This document shows, piece after piece, positions 14,986-28,100 of a stretch of DNA of 64,000 nt (its first letter is position 1; each line of letters starts with the position of its first letter). The position numbers were made by a program, and so were the translations under genes. Source of the stretch: Cetorhinus maximus (Eukaryota); assembly GCF_964194155.1 (NCBI RefSeq), contig NC_135905.1, forward strand, positions 15,066,001 through 15,130,000, given 5' to 3'. The notes beneath the pieces are model-generated. The model was given only the letters and a program-made list of their open reading frames with translations. It was not told the DNA's origin and did not search any database.

Positions 14986-16879
14986 ATTCCACAGAACAAC
15001 CACCTGTATTTTATAGCACCTTTGACGCCCAAGGTGCTTCACAGGAACGTAATAAAAGAGTAATTGGACACCACGTCACTTATTCATGTTACACTGCAGC
15101 CTACAGTGCTGTATGCTGCAATCCCACTCTCAACTACAGCTGAAAGTGGAATACAGTACAATCATTGCACTGCCCAGGACATTCAAGGCATTGTTAAAGC
15201 ATATGCCAACAAATCTCAACAACAATTAGCAATCTGCTCCCAAGTCCCTGGAACACGTAATATTCTAATCTCTCCTAAAAGCTAACTTCTACCTCCATAA
15301 ATTCAACTAAACAAAAGCAAGAAATAACATTTTTTCTATTCCACAAAACAAATTGCACAAGCGGAATTTCTCAGCACCTTTGGCCTTAATAAACATTCTA
15401 GAATATCATTTATCCCGTGAAGCTATTAGAGTCAGTGAAATCTATCAGACTCTTGCCTTGAAGACCAGCTGGGAAAGCTTGTTCAGCTGACAGGGCAGGG
15501 GGGACATTCTAAAGATGTAAACAATGTGCATGACAAAGTCTTATTAACAGACTGAGTAAGGAGTACTGTAAGTAGTCATTCGTACAAGAGTTTATTGGCC
15601 TTTTACCTTTGTTGCTTCCTCATGATCAGGAGCAGAGGCCATATCTGTGTGTGAGCCCTCACTCACTACATACCCAGAAAGTAAGCTTTACATGCTCAAT
15701 ATCTGGGTCAGAGTACATTTGGGAATTTTTTTAAAACGCACTGTATTTTGGTTTACGTGAATCTCTGGTCTTCGAAAAAGTGACCAAATTAACTTGCAGC
15801 CAAGGCTATTAAACTACCAAACAGATTAACATATTAATGTTATTTATAGTAATTAGATAAGTAAACAGTAGCAAAGGGCAACCAGATACACAGGGTCCAG
15901 CTCCTGCATCTTGGAATATAGAAAATCAATCACATCTACTGCACTAAAACATTAATGAAAAACTTGACTCTTATTTTATGTGAGGGGAGAGGGCCTTGCT
16001 AAGTTTAGACCTTGTCTCTGATAGCTCTAAGTAACTGGTGAATTGGGTCAAACCAATGCGACTCATACTTTCTAATTGTTTTAAGTTCACCTAGCAAACA
16101 AACATGTATTTCTCCTGCTTGCATCAAGCTCCCAAAATATCCACAGGATGTTACAGGTAATGTCTGAACTTCCCAGAAAATGTCTCAAAGATGCTAACTC
16201 AGGGAGCTGAATAGGACACTGTCTGCCCAATAGCTACTGGAACAGCTGAACTGTCACATAATTGTGGCAGATCTTTGGAAATAATACGACACACAACCTC
16301 AATATTTATACCTTAGCCTCCGATAATTCTGTAGGATAGCTTACAAGGCATGCTTGCATTTCCACTTATTATAAAAATTATTTTATGGCTAAACAGTGTA
16401 ATTTTCTAAGAGTGACTATTCAAATCAAAATATTAAAGTATGAGAACTGGCTTAAAGGAATAGAAGGAAGGTAATGTTTTATCTAAGGAGGAGACAAGGA
16501 CAAAAGTGCACTGGAGTAAATGATAATTTTGTCCCCATTAAAGGTTACATTCTAATTGCTGCAAGCAAATTCCCCCAAGGCTGGGCATCAGCCCTCATGA
16601 ATTAAGTAAAAAATGTCTAATATCCTATTTATATTCGAGATACATCCCATTTTTAACACTAAGAAAATAGGAAGAAATTAAGGTGGAGCGGGTATGAGGG
16701 AGGGGACAGCAAAAGCGATTTGATCCAGCTACTTTCAATCAAACAATCACTATCAATTGGGACGTCAGTAAAACTCAAGACCACAACAAAGTAAAACGTA
16801 AGGCACAGTTAAATTAAATAGTAACTTGTAACAAATTTGATATAGGTGCTGCAAAAAGTCAAGGTCTGAGAAAGCTGCA

Positions 16880-17330
16880 GACGGTACAGTGAAGGTTCAC
16901 TGGAATGAGAGGGTTGTCCTGTGATGAGACACCGAGTAAATTAGGTCTATATCTCTGGAGTTTAGTCGAATGAGAGGTGATCTCATTGAAACATCCAAGG
17001 TTCTGAAGGAGCTTGATCAGGCAGATGCTGAGAGGTTGCTTCCTTGGCTGGGGAATCTAGAATGCAAGGGTACAGTCTCAGGATAAGGGATTGGATGAGG
17101 AGAAATTTCTGCACTCCAAGTGTGGTGAACCTTTGGAATTCCCCACCCCAGATGGTTGTGGATGCTCCATCGTTGAATATATTTAAGGCTGTTATAGGCA
17201 GATTTTGGTCTTTCAGAGAATCAAGAGATATGGGGAGCAGGCAGGGAAATGGAGTTGAGGCAGAGGATCAGCCATGATCATATTGAACAGTGGAATAGGT
17301 ACGATCTACCATTGTTCTTTAAGTTCTTAC
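16880..17330 (+). mobile_element. CR1 LINE 3' fragment
   Basis: MRRNFCTPSVVNLWNS..SLNIFKA, typical CR1 ORF2 C-terminus and 3' UTR. Confidence 0.8.
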
Positions 17331-19939
17331 ATTACCATGCATCCAGAATCGGTCCCATAATCATTAATTCCCCCATTTTCCTTATTTTACTGTTCCCTGT
17401 TATTAGTATCCAAGTTGATTAGTTGCTATATGGATCTGCCTCCAATTGGCTATTTACAGACAAACGATGACATGAGAAAAAAAAGCACAAAATGCAATTA
17501 TAGGTACTGGTGTTTCTATTTTGCTGCAAAAAGAGACTTGTCTAAGCTTAGACACGTCTCTTTTTTCAGCAATACTCAAGTTCTGTACTACCAAACAACA
17601 ATTTGTTTTTATATCTATAAGTGTTATATAAAAGACTTCTCTTGCTCTAATACATGTTTTGCATAAAGCAAAATATGCATCTGTTGTAGCCATTCCATTT
17701 ACCAGCGCTCACTATTTTAGAAGCCTAGAAGGATGCTGTTGCTTTTAGTAATGCCCAGTAATAGCACTAGAATTATTATGAGGAAAACTTCACATGTTAC
17801 GGGGAGAAGGCGGGAGAATGGGGTTGAGAAACTTATCAGCCATGGTTGAATGGCGCAGCAGACTCGATGGGCCGAATGGTCTAATTTCTGCTCCTATGTC
17901 TTATGGTCTTATGGTTCATTCATTTACACCAGCTGATTACTTTGGTTGCAGAGTTTAAATTGATTATATGGAGTACATGTTGTGCAGTCTCCATTTATTT
18001 TCTGCATACTCCATGTGACATCACACGCACATCTCTGGACGCAATTTCAGGCAAGACAACAGGGAGAAAGCTCTGGTTAGTGTGGGGCGGGGTGGGAATG
18101 GACTAATTTCTTAACTGATCAGCCACATCTGAAGGCGTCCATGCTGACTCACTATTAATATGGTACTGCCTATACTACTCCAGAGCTACAGCTAGTCAAC
18201 AAGCAAAGGGCTTTCACTGCATGCCTCCAGAAGCAACTGTTGATGGTGACTAAGATCAGTGGCTGCTGCCAGCAACACAGGATTGGTTGGTTGCTACACA
18301 ACTGGAAATGCTAAATATTATTTTTCAAAGCCGTAAAAGTTCTTCACAACATTTTTGTAAACACTGGTTAGTGTGGGTAAAGAGCTGCTTTTAGTTCTGA
18401 CAACAGGGCAAATCTATTCCAGTACAGCACACTGAGAGTGATGATTAAGAGACTGAAGTCAGCATGTCATTTACAAATCACAAGATTTAAAACCATGAGT
18501 CAGAATAAGGAAGCTCACAATGAGGTCATTATCACTTAAGCAATGGAAAAAAAACCACACCATTGCTAAATATTCATCAGGATGTTAGCCCACCAATGCC
18601 CAAGAATCATGGCCAGTGTGCAGATGGATAGGAATCATGAAACCAGTTCTCTTGGGAAAATCATAAGCTAAACTCTGCTGTTGAATCCTTTTTTTCAATG
18701 AGAGATTAGTAACACAAAATGCAATTCTAAATGCGAAATGAAATAATGTTCCTTCAACCATAAAGCTAATCATTCTATAAAGCATTCAAGCTTTTTGTCC
18801 CTGTAGGCCACTTAGATGCAAACCATGGAGCATTATGGCTTACATATTCAATCTTTGCAGAAATTGAGTAAATGTCAGTGCAGTGTGGCTTCACCTTCCA
18901 CAGATGTACCCCTGACTGCAGCTCACTTTCTGATTTCAGGTCACTTACATTATTTGAACAAGTGGGTCTGCCCAGAGTGGGGCAGAGATTGGCTACAATC
19001 AGCCTCACAGCGTAACACTGCAAGCTTCAACAGGACGGGCTGCATAATTCAAGAGAACTGGATGAGTATCTGAAATGGGCATGATACCTATCAGTATTTC
19101 CTAATTACAGGATTAGCAAGATGGGCTGCAGTTGTCCTGTACATTTTGATGTAAACTATATCAGAATCCTTCCAGCTGAGTGTAAACCTTAGTCTCAGGA
19201 AGAACAGAGAATATAGTACCTCGATTTGACCATGTGGGAGTTTACCAATTTCAAGTTATGTCATCTGTTAGGACATGAATTTTAAACTGTCACGAAGACT
19301 CAGTCAATGAAATGTTTGTCACAAAGTTTCACTACAATGTGTCATCTTTCACTGGAAAATGTTAGCTTACACACTCTAATTTGCCAATGTTACACTTCTC
19401 CGCACTATGCTTACAGATCTATTACTGATCTTTAATTTTGAGAAATTGCCCTCTCAAATTAAACCCATTAACAGCCCCACACACAAACTTTTAAACATAA
19501 AATAATGTAATTTAGTATATTTGTGAATGACGCTGCCCATCCAATCCAAATGGAGAAAAAAAACAAGCTTTCCAAAAACTAATTTACATCTATCATCATT
19601 CATAACTGTCTGATCCAAGTTTGCTGCATCAACAACTTCCATATCATTTATATTTTTCCATTTGGAGCAATAACGAACAAAACTGCCACTTCACAGAATA
19701 CACAATTGAAGTACACAAGCAATCAGATAGCTGGATGGACGAAGCAATTCAGATCCAGAAAACAATCTACTGACTGGAGCCAGATCAGATGGGAGCAGAT
19801 CCTGAAACTTGTTTGCCAGTCAGTGTAGTATTTATCTGCGTCAGGTTTCATTGACCTTCAGCCAGATATATGAAATTTAATTAATTGGGCAGATATTCTT
19901 ACTGACCTGTTTCCCACAACACGGCTTGTGAATTAACAG

Positions 19940-20227
19940 ACAAGCGTTGCTCAGGCGCTCATCAGTCCAGTCAGCGATGGAGGTCTGGGTCTGGCAGCAA
20001 CCCTGCTCATACCCGCCACAGCTGGGCCTATCACAGCAGCCCCGCTGCTGCTTACTTCAAAAACTCTTGGCGGCTGTTACTTACCCCACAGACCCGCTCC
20101 CCTGTCAGGAAGCAGATTCCGCTTCTTCTGCTAAAGCCAAAGCCGAAGCCCAGCCCCTATGTCAGATGTACGCCCGGGGAAGCCCAACTGCGCTTCATCG
20201 TCAGCTCCTGCACACGGCAGCATAACA
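19940..20227 (-). promoter_or_regulatory. SAMD8: CpG-rich promoter and probable non-coding exon 1 of SAMD8 (donor at 20085/20084)
   Basis: CpG-rich non-TE stretch; minus-strand donor TGTGGG|GTAAGT at 20084-20079. The coding exon at 1284 has an acceptor 7 nt before the ATG, so an upstream exon is required. The TSS cannot be placed. Confidence 0.6.
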
Positions 20228-20740
20228 CAGCGTCCCCTGCAGCCCCGCACAACACAGAGCTCGGCTCCAGACACAGCGCCACCTGCAGCGGTGGAGGTAC
20301 AGCCAGCCCCCCCCCCCGCACGACATGGACACCGGACTCCAGGCACAGCGCCCCCTGCAGCCCCGCACAACACAAAGTTCGGCTCCAGAAACAGCGCCAC
20401 CTGGAGCGGTGGAGGTACAGCCAGCCCCGCACGACACGGACACCGGACTCCAGGCACAGCGCCCCCTGCAACAATGGAGGCACAGTCAGCCCCATACAGC
20501 GGGGAGCCGGACTCCAGACTCAGCGCCCCCTGCGGCAATGGAGGTACAGCCAGCCCCACACAACACGGACACAGGACTCCAGGCACAGCGCCACCTGCAG
20601 CAAGGGAAGTACAGCCCAGCCCCGCACAACACGGACACCGGACTCCAGACACAGCGCCACCTGCAGCAAGGGAGGTACAGCCAGCCCGGCCGAGCACGGA
20701 CACACGGACTCCAGGTACACCGCCACCTGCAGCAGTGGAT
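20228..20740 (-). repeat. GC-rich minisatellite (~65-bp unit, two 46-bp variants), 9 units each carrying a CTCF-like motif
   Basis: Core cagcgcc(a/c)cctg at 20228, 20274, 20346, 20392, 20457, 20521, 20586, 20652 and 20718 (first and last with one mismatch). Confidence 0.9.
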
Positions 20741-20802
20741 GTTCAAGTGCAGAAGAAAGGTCCTGCCCAAAATATGAACCTGTCTTTTATCTTTACAGGT
20801 GC

Positions 20803-20956
20803 TTTTTTTATTTGTTCATGGGGTTTGGGCGTCGCTGACTAAGCCAGCATTTATTGCCCATCCCTAATTGCCCTTGTTCAGAGGACATTGTTTTAAAGAG
20901 TTAACCAGATTGCTGTGGGCCTGGAGTCACCTGTAGGCCAGGCCAGGTAAAGCCGA
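20803..20956 (-). mobile_element. 3' part of tRNA-headed SINE sharing its tail with the 34.3-37.5 kb LINE
   Basis: ccagcatttattgcccatccctaattgcccttg tail followed by ctggagtcac..gtaggccag body. Confidence 0.7.
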
Positions 20957-21046
20957 CTGACCTAATCTGTATTTTCAATATTCCTGCTTTTAATCTTCAT
21001 TAGCACAAGGCTAATTGCACAAATAGCTCTTTTCCCACCCGCTATA

Positions 21047-21245
21047 AAATGCTGGAAGTACTCAGCAGGTCAGCCAGCATCCTGTGGAGAGAGAATCTGA
21101 GTTTCAGGAGATTGTTTCCATCTGGACCCAGCTTGAATTTTTAAAACAAAAGCAAAAATAAAAATACCTGGAAAATCTCAGCCGGTCTGACAGCATCTGC
21201 GGAGAGGAGCACAGCTAACGTTTCGAGTCCGGATGACTCTTCAAT
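21047..21245. mobile_element. Two Penelope-like short repeat fragments
   Basis: atgctggaagtactcagcaggtcag.. and tctgacagcatctgcggagagg..ctaacgtttcgagtccggatgactcttc. Confidence 0.6.
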
Positions 21246-21330
21246 TAGTTTTAAATCGAGATCCACAAAGTAAGTGTGATTGTGCATTGACTAAGTCAAG
21301 TAATTATTGAATTATGTAATCAATAATAAC

Positions 21331-22220
21331 TGTGGATTTGTTTCCTCCCCCTCCCCCCACCAAGGACTCCTTTGCTCTGTTATCATTCTGGTCAAAGCAG
21401 GTCATGTTCACAGTTGTTGTTTTGTCTAAGCTACTAGTTTTATTTCTCTTCCTGCGATTTGTTTTCTATTGTCTAACAGGAGTCAGTTCTTACGGCATTC
21501 AATGACCCGTGAACTACATGCCAGGACAACGGATAGCCTTGCACATGGGCTGGTCAACAATGGTGTGGAATAAGGTGATGGAGTTTGATTGATGAACTAT
21601 ATAACCTGGTTAATGGCAGGTGGAAGACACCATCAAAAAGAGGTGCAAACTGCCTTAGTCCTGCAGAGTCTTTAAACCTCTCAGTGCCTGTGAAAAGAAT
21701 TTGATAAGGACTCATGGTTGGCAGACTCTTGTTCTGAGAAAGTTTGGATAGTGGCCTCGGAAAGCTGGAATGGAGCCAGAAATTGGACTTATAGGCGTAC
21801 AGCGTCCAGTGTTCAGGGATGTAGCCGGAGTGGATTAGTCAACCACTGAAGACAATGGAGGAAAGGACATCGATGGAGTGACAGACTGGAGAGTCTATCC
21901 CTGTGCAATGTTGTTCATAGACTTGGTGATGTATGTAACAAGGGGAACTATCCGCCTGCTGTTTTACTATTTTAGAGAACCATCTTGAACAGACTAATTG
22001 GGGTGCCATTTGTGCTATAATAAAGTTGTCTTCCTTCCTTTTTAATTTTTTCTTCCTTTGTTTTGAATAAAGTTACCTTTCTTTCCTTTTATCATTAATA
22101 ATTGTTTAATAAAATTATTGTTTTCACACATTAATTGGTATTTAGTCACTCATTCCTGTTATGTCTAGAGTACGGCTCCAAGCCTAAGTGAGACTCTGCA
22201 AGGGACTCTTGCCCCCTACA
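21331..22220 (+). mobile_element. Possible solo LTR
   Basis: Bounded by TGT...ACA, TATATAA near 21598, three AATAAA (22019, 22066, 22108); no matching TSD found. Confidence 0.3.
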
Positions 22221-22447
22221 ATGTTTGAGTTTCTTTTTAATAAGGAACAGGAAACTCCAGAAAAACTGGCAGCAATGCAGAGTAACTCCAATTTCTAATG
22301 CTGTTTTGGAGACACTTTGAATCACAAAGAGGCTATGCTTCCCAGGAAGGCCATCATGCCTTCCTGGCTCTTTGGATTAATTGCACGGATCTTTCAATTT
22401 CTTTGCCCTTTCCCTATAGCTCTTTGATTTTTTGTTTCCCCTTTTTA

Positions 22448-23190
22448 AGGATGTGGGCTTCGCTGGCTGGGCCAGCATTTATTGCCCATCCCTAGTTGCA
22501 TTTGAGAAGGTGGTGGTGAGCTGCCTTCTTGAACCGCTGCAATCCCTGTGATGTAGGTACACCCACAGTGCTGTTAGGAAGGGAGTTCCAGGATTTTGAC
22601 CCAGCGACAGTGAAGGAACGGCAATATATTTCCAAGTCAGGATGGTGAGTGGCTTGGAGGAAAACTTCCAGGTGGCAGTGTTCCCATCTATCTGCTGCCC
22701 TTGTCCTTCTAGGTGGTAGTGGTTGTGGGTTTGGAAGATGCTGTCTAAGGAGCCTTGGTGAATTCCTGCAGTGCATCTTGTAGATGGTACACACACTGCT
22801 GCTACTGTGCATCGGTGGTGGAGGGAGTGAATGTTTGTGGATGTGGCGCCAATCAAGTGGACTGCTTTGTCCTGGATGGTGTACAACTTCTTCAGTATTC
22901 TAGGCGCTGCATTCATTCAGGCAAGTGGGGAGTATTCCATCACACTCCTGACTTGTGCCTTGTGGACAGGCTTTGGAGAGTCAGGAGGTGAATTATTCGT
23001 CGCATGATTCCTAGCCTCTGACCTGCTCTTGTAGCCACAGTATTTATATGGCTAGTCCAGTTCGTTTCTGGTCAGTGGTAACTCCCCCCACCCCGGATGT
23101 TGATAGTGGGGGATTCAGTGATGGTAATGCCATTGAATGTAAAGGAGCGATGGTTAGATTCTCTCTTGTAGGAGATGGTCATTGCCTGAT
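22448..23190 (-). mobile_element. 5'-truncated copy of the 34328-37518 LINE family
   Basis: Collinear and highly similar to 34345-35070. Confidence 0.9.
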
Positions 23191-23199
23191 ACTTCTTTC

Positions 23200-23670
23200 T
23201 CTAGTTTCTCTCCTATCGCCACTCCTGCCTGTTGTCCAGCAGACCCACATTCTGCTCCTTTGACTCCACTTCCACTATACTGCTGACCATGCAACTTTCC
23301 TTCCTGGCCGCTGTGCTAGCTGACATTGTAAATAGTTCCCTCGCCTCAGGTACTCTACCCTTCCCTATCAAAGCCATCAACATTGTTCCACTTCTCAATT
23401 AAACCCATCCTTTCCCCCCTCTGTCTTTGCAAACTACCGATCCATCATCAGTTTCTCTTTTCTCTCCAAGTTTCTTGAGCATCGCCCTCCCAAAGCCATG
23501 CACACATTTCCTACAAATACATGTTTGAATCTTCCTCATTGAGTTTCCACCCACGTCACTGCACTGACACAACCCTCATCCAAGTCACAAATTACATCCT
23601 CCGTTACAGTGACTAGAGTGCACCATCTCTCCTCATCCTCCTCAATCTAGCTGCAGCCTTTGACAATGTC
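23200..23670 (+). mobile_element. L2-type LINE RT fragment
   Basis: gcaaactaccgatccatc (NYRxI) and gctgcagcctttgacaatgtc (AAFDxV); degenerate. Confidence 0.55.
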
Positions 23671-23679
23671 TCACAGACA

Positions 23680-23915
23680 GTAATGAAATAAACAGATCAG
23701 TTTTATTTAGTGATGTTAATTGAGAGATAAATACTGGCCAGACCACCAGGAAAGTTCCCCTCCTCTTCTTTGAATCATGTCATGAGATCATTTACATCCA
23801 TTCACCTCAGACAGCAGACAAAGCCTCAATTTAAGGTTTCATCTGAAGGACAGCATATCTGGCAGTGCAGCATCCCTTCAGTACTACACTGCATTGGGAG
23901 CTTAGCTCATGTGCT
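23680..23915 (-). mobile_element. DeuSINE (SacSINE1-like) fragment
   Basis: Reverse complement resembles the Deu domain as recalled; related to copies near 43460, 46000 and 60700. Confidence 0.5.
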
Positions 23916-24243
23916 CTTAGAAGGCAAGGTTCCCCATACATTAGATATACAAGTTGCAGTGGGAATTGAGGGCAGGCAATGTTACACTACTGTTCCAAAT
24001 AGGAGACAGGAAACTGGCTAACCATAGACAGTCAGTTGTGGGCAGACACTCAAAGCCCAAGTTTAACTCTGTCTAATTGTATGAGTTTTCAGTGAGTTAA
24101 AATCAGGCCCTTAGGATAAATAATCCAAGATCAAATTGATGAACATTTAGAAAATACATAAATAATCTTTGAAGACAGGAGGGGTGTTAATTTAAACAGC
24201 ACTAACAGAAAGGTGTTTTTGATTTGATTTCCCCTTTATAAGC

Positions 24244-25141
24244 TGTGGCATATTTCCCAACCCCTCAGTTATTTCTATTAATAACCCAATAGCAAACTCA
24301 AGAAAGGATGAACTCAAGGGGTTAGTTTATGTGCACACACTAAAAACACGGGGGGGGAAGGGGGGTTTACAAAATTGCCTCTTTTGCATTCATACAGTAA
24401 AAGAGGGATAGAGAGAAGAAAGACTTACAATGCAGAGACCACAGAGAAAAGAAATATTGTTTTACAAGGGTTCCAGGGTCCAGAATCACAGTCCAATGAG
24501 GTATTCCTTCACAAAGGTCAGCGGGTTGAAAGCCAATGCTGTATAATTCACTTTTCCATTGGTGTTGACTTCACACAATGAGAAAGCCATGCAGAGATGA
24601 ATCCGTCTTACGAGCGATGGTATAGAATTTCCAGCAGAAGCGGTGTAAATGGGGTTAGGTGTCCAACCTGGGCCAGAGCTCTTTGTCTGTGAGGCTGCTA
24701 GTCAGATGATAAAAAAGCAGACTGAGACTTTGCAGTTCAGCAAGGCAATATTACTGGTTACACAAGACATGACTCCAACTGTCTTTAACAAAGGATATGC
24801 ATCCCTTGTCTGGGTCCCCGAGATTTTTAAATGTTGCAACTATTAAGAATTGAAAGGAAGGTTGGGGGGCCCTTTGTCTTAGCAGTCGAGCAGACTCCTG
24901 GAGCCAGCCTGGGTTATGAAATGCAGATGGCCTTTGTATAGCTCTCTTTGAACTTGGTCTGTGCAGCCCACAAGGGGTCATTAGTGGCTCTTCAGGGATA
25001 ATGATGCGTGAGTTTCCCCGATACTGCAAGGTAGCTTCTTTCATTCAGGATCACAGACAGATGTAAATTCAGCCATCTTAGGTCTTTGTCCAGTTTGAAT
25101 TTTTTAGCGAGAGCAATGAGCATATCTCTATATATTTTACA
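24244..25141. mobile_element. Possible solo LTR
   Basis: TGTggcatat...atattttACA termini, about 0.9 kb, non-coding; no TSD seen. Confidence 0.3.
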
Positions 25142-25189
25142 AAAAAAGATACACAGTGAGGTCTTCATCCCTCATAGGTCCTAGGGAGA

Positions 25190-28100
25190 TGATAATCTGC
25201 CTCCACAGGAGCGGAGCTGGAGAGTTAAAGGAGCACAAGAAGGGGTGAGACTGAGAGTGGAGTTAAAAGAGCGCAAGAAGGAGCGAGATTGAAAGCAGAG
25301 TCGGAGAGTTAAATGAGTGCAAGATCAGGCGCGACTAAGATAAACACAGTAAATCGAATTATTCTAAATGAAGATAATAATTAAAATAAATTAGTAAATA
25401 CTGTAGTAAACACTTTATATATAAGGTATGCCAGTGCAGCTCAGCCACGTGGAATGTGCATCCTGTGGGATGTGGGAAGTCGTGCAGGCACAAAGTGCCC
25501 TCAATGATCTGCAGTGAATGTCACCAACTGCAGAAACTTGAGCTCCAAGTTGCAGAGCTTGAGCGGCAGCTGGGGTCACTGTGGTGCATCCACAAGGCTG
25601 AGGATTATGTAGATAGCACATGTAGAGAGTAGTCACACCGCAGCTAAAAAGTACACAGGCAGAGAGGGAACGGGTGAACCCCAGAGAATTTAAGAGAAAC
25701 AGGCAGGTAGTGCAGGAATCCCCTGAGGCTATCTTCCTCTCTAACCGCTTTTCCATTTTGGATATGGGTGAGCGAGAGGGTTCCTCAGGGGACTGTGGCA
25801 AGAGCTAATTCCGTGACAGCTGCACAGGAGGGCAGGAGGATAGTGGTAGGGATTCCATAGTTTGGGGAACAGACACGTGTTTCTGCGGTATGTTCCCCCC
25901 CCCCGGTGCCAGGGTCAAGGATGTCACAGAGCGGCTGCAGGACATTCTTTTGGGGGAGGGTGAACAGCCAGAGGCCGTTTCTCATATTGGGACCAATGAC
26001 ATAGATAGGAAAAGGGATGAGGTCCTGAAAGCAGATTTTAGTGAGTTAGGATGGAAATTAAAAAGCAGGACCTCAAGAGCAATAATTTGAGGATTAATTC
26101 CAGTGCCGCGTGTTGGTGAACATAAGAATAGGAAGAGTGAGCAGTTCAATACGTTGGAGAAATGGAGTAGGAGGGAAGGCTTTATACTTTTGAGGCATTG
26201 GGATCAGTTCAGGGCAGATGGGATCTGTACAAGAAGGACGGGTTACACCTTAACACGTCTGGGACAAGTGTCCTCACAGGGAGGCTTGCTAATGCTGTTG
26301 GGGAGGGTTTAAACTAGATTGACAGGGGGATGGGAACCTGGGGGGAAATTCAGATTGCAGAGGAGAAAAACGGGCAGTGGGAAGTAGTGAAGTAACAACT
26401 GATAACAAGGATATATCAGAGAGTTGCATCAAAGTAGATAGAATACTTGGACAGTTTGATAGAATTAGAGTTGGTAACATTAAGTCATTAGATGGGGTCA
26501 GAATAAGTGGGAAAGTAAAAACGCCTAAATCAGGGCTAATGTGCATGTATGAGAATGCACGGAGTATGGTTAATAAGATTGGTAAACTGCAGGCACAGGT
26601 TGGCAAATGGAATTATGATATTATTGCTATAACAGAGACCTGGCTCAAAGAAGGACAGGACTGGGCATTAAATATTCCTTGGTATAAGGTGTTTAGGAGA
26701 GACAGGAAAGGAAGAAAAGTTGTGGAGGGGGGTGGGCAATATTGGTTAAAGATGGAATTATCATACTGGAGAGGGAGGATGTCCCAGAGGGGTCAAGGTC
26801 AGAATCTCCCTGGCTAGAGGTAAAGAATGGGAAAGTGTACAATAATATTGATTGGTGTAGTATATAGACCACCAACTAGTGGAAGGGATGTGGAGAAATA
26901 AATTTGCAAAGAAATTACAGAGAGGTGCAAGAGTTATAGAGTAATCATAATGGGGTCTTTTAATTATCCAAATATAGACTGGGATAGGAATAGTACAAAA
27001 GGACAAGAGGGACGAGAGTTCCTGGAATGCGTTCAAGATAATTTTCTACAGCAGTATGTTTCCAGTCCAACGATAGGACATGCACTTTTGGCCAAAGTGG
27101 ATCAGATATCAATGGGAGAGCCTATAGCGACAGTGACCATTGTATCATAAGGTTTAGGTTAATCATGGAAAAGGACAGAGAACAATCCAGAGCAGGGATA
27201 ATTAAATGGGGGAAAGCCAACTTCGATGGGATGAGAATGCATCTGAGTCGAGTGAGTTGGAATCAAATGTTGGCAGAAGAGACGGTGGCTGAACAATATT
27301 GGAGGTGATGTCAAGGTATATTCCCCTGAAGGGGAAAGGTAGGACAAATAAATCCAGAGCGCCCTGAGGGACAAGAGAGGTAGAGGTAAAGATGAAAAGG
27401 AAGAAGTGCCCGTACGACAGATGTCAGGTAGAAAATACAATGGAGAATCAGGCTGAATATAGAAGGACCAGAGAGGAAGTGAAGAAACTAATAAGAAAAG
27501 CAAGGAGAGAGGATGAAAACAGGCTGGCAGTGAACATAAAAGGGCATCCCAAGGTCTTCTATAAGCATGTAAATAATAAAAGGGTGGTGAAAGAAAGGGT
27601 AGGGCCGATTAGGGACAAAAAGGGGACTTGCATGTGGAGGCTAGAGAAATAGCGGAGGTGTTGAACGAGTACTTTGCATCTGTCTTGCTACCCAGGCTGA
27701 GGTGAGTGAGGAGGTAACTGGTACACTAGAAGAACTTACAATCAGGAGGAAGGAGGTGTTGGAAAGGCTATCTTTTCTTAAAATGGATAAGGTACCAGGA
27801 CCGGATGAGATGCATCCAAGGGCCCTGAGGGAAGTGAGAGTGGAAATTGGAGAGGCACTAGTGATAATCTTCCAGTCTTCCTTAGACATAGGGGAGGTGC
27901 CAGAGGACTGGAGAACTGCAAATGTTACACCCTTGTTCAAAAAAGGATGCAAGGATAAAGCTGACAACTACAGGTCAGTCAGTTTGACCTCAGTGCTAGG
28001 GAAACTTCTGGAATCTACAGTATGGAATAAAATCAATAATCCCTTAGACAACTGCAGGATAATTAAGGAAAGCCAGCATGGGTTCATCAAGGAAAAATCA

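Noticed and set aside
20228-20740. CRISPR-like regularly spaced repeats
   Set aside because: The intervening sequences are homologous to each other, the context is vertebrate, and no cas genes are present.
20131-20842. Multiple overlapping ORFs (up to 227 aa) on both strands
   Set aside because: Artefact of a stop-poor GC-rich minisatellite; unit lengths are mostly not multiples of 3 and the same peptides recur in different frames.
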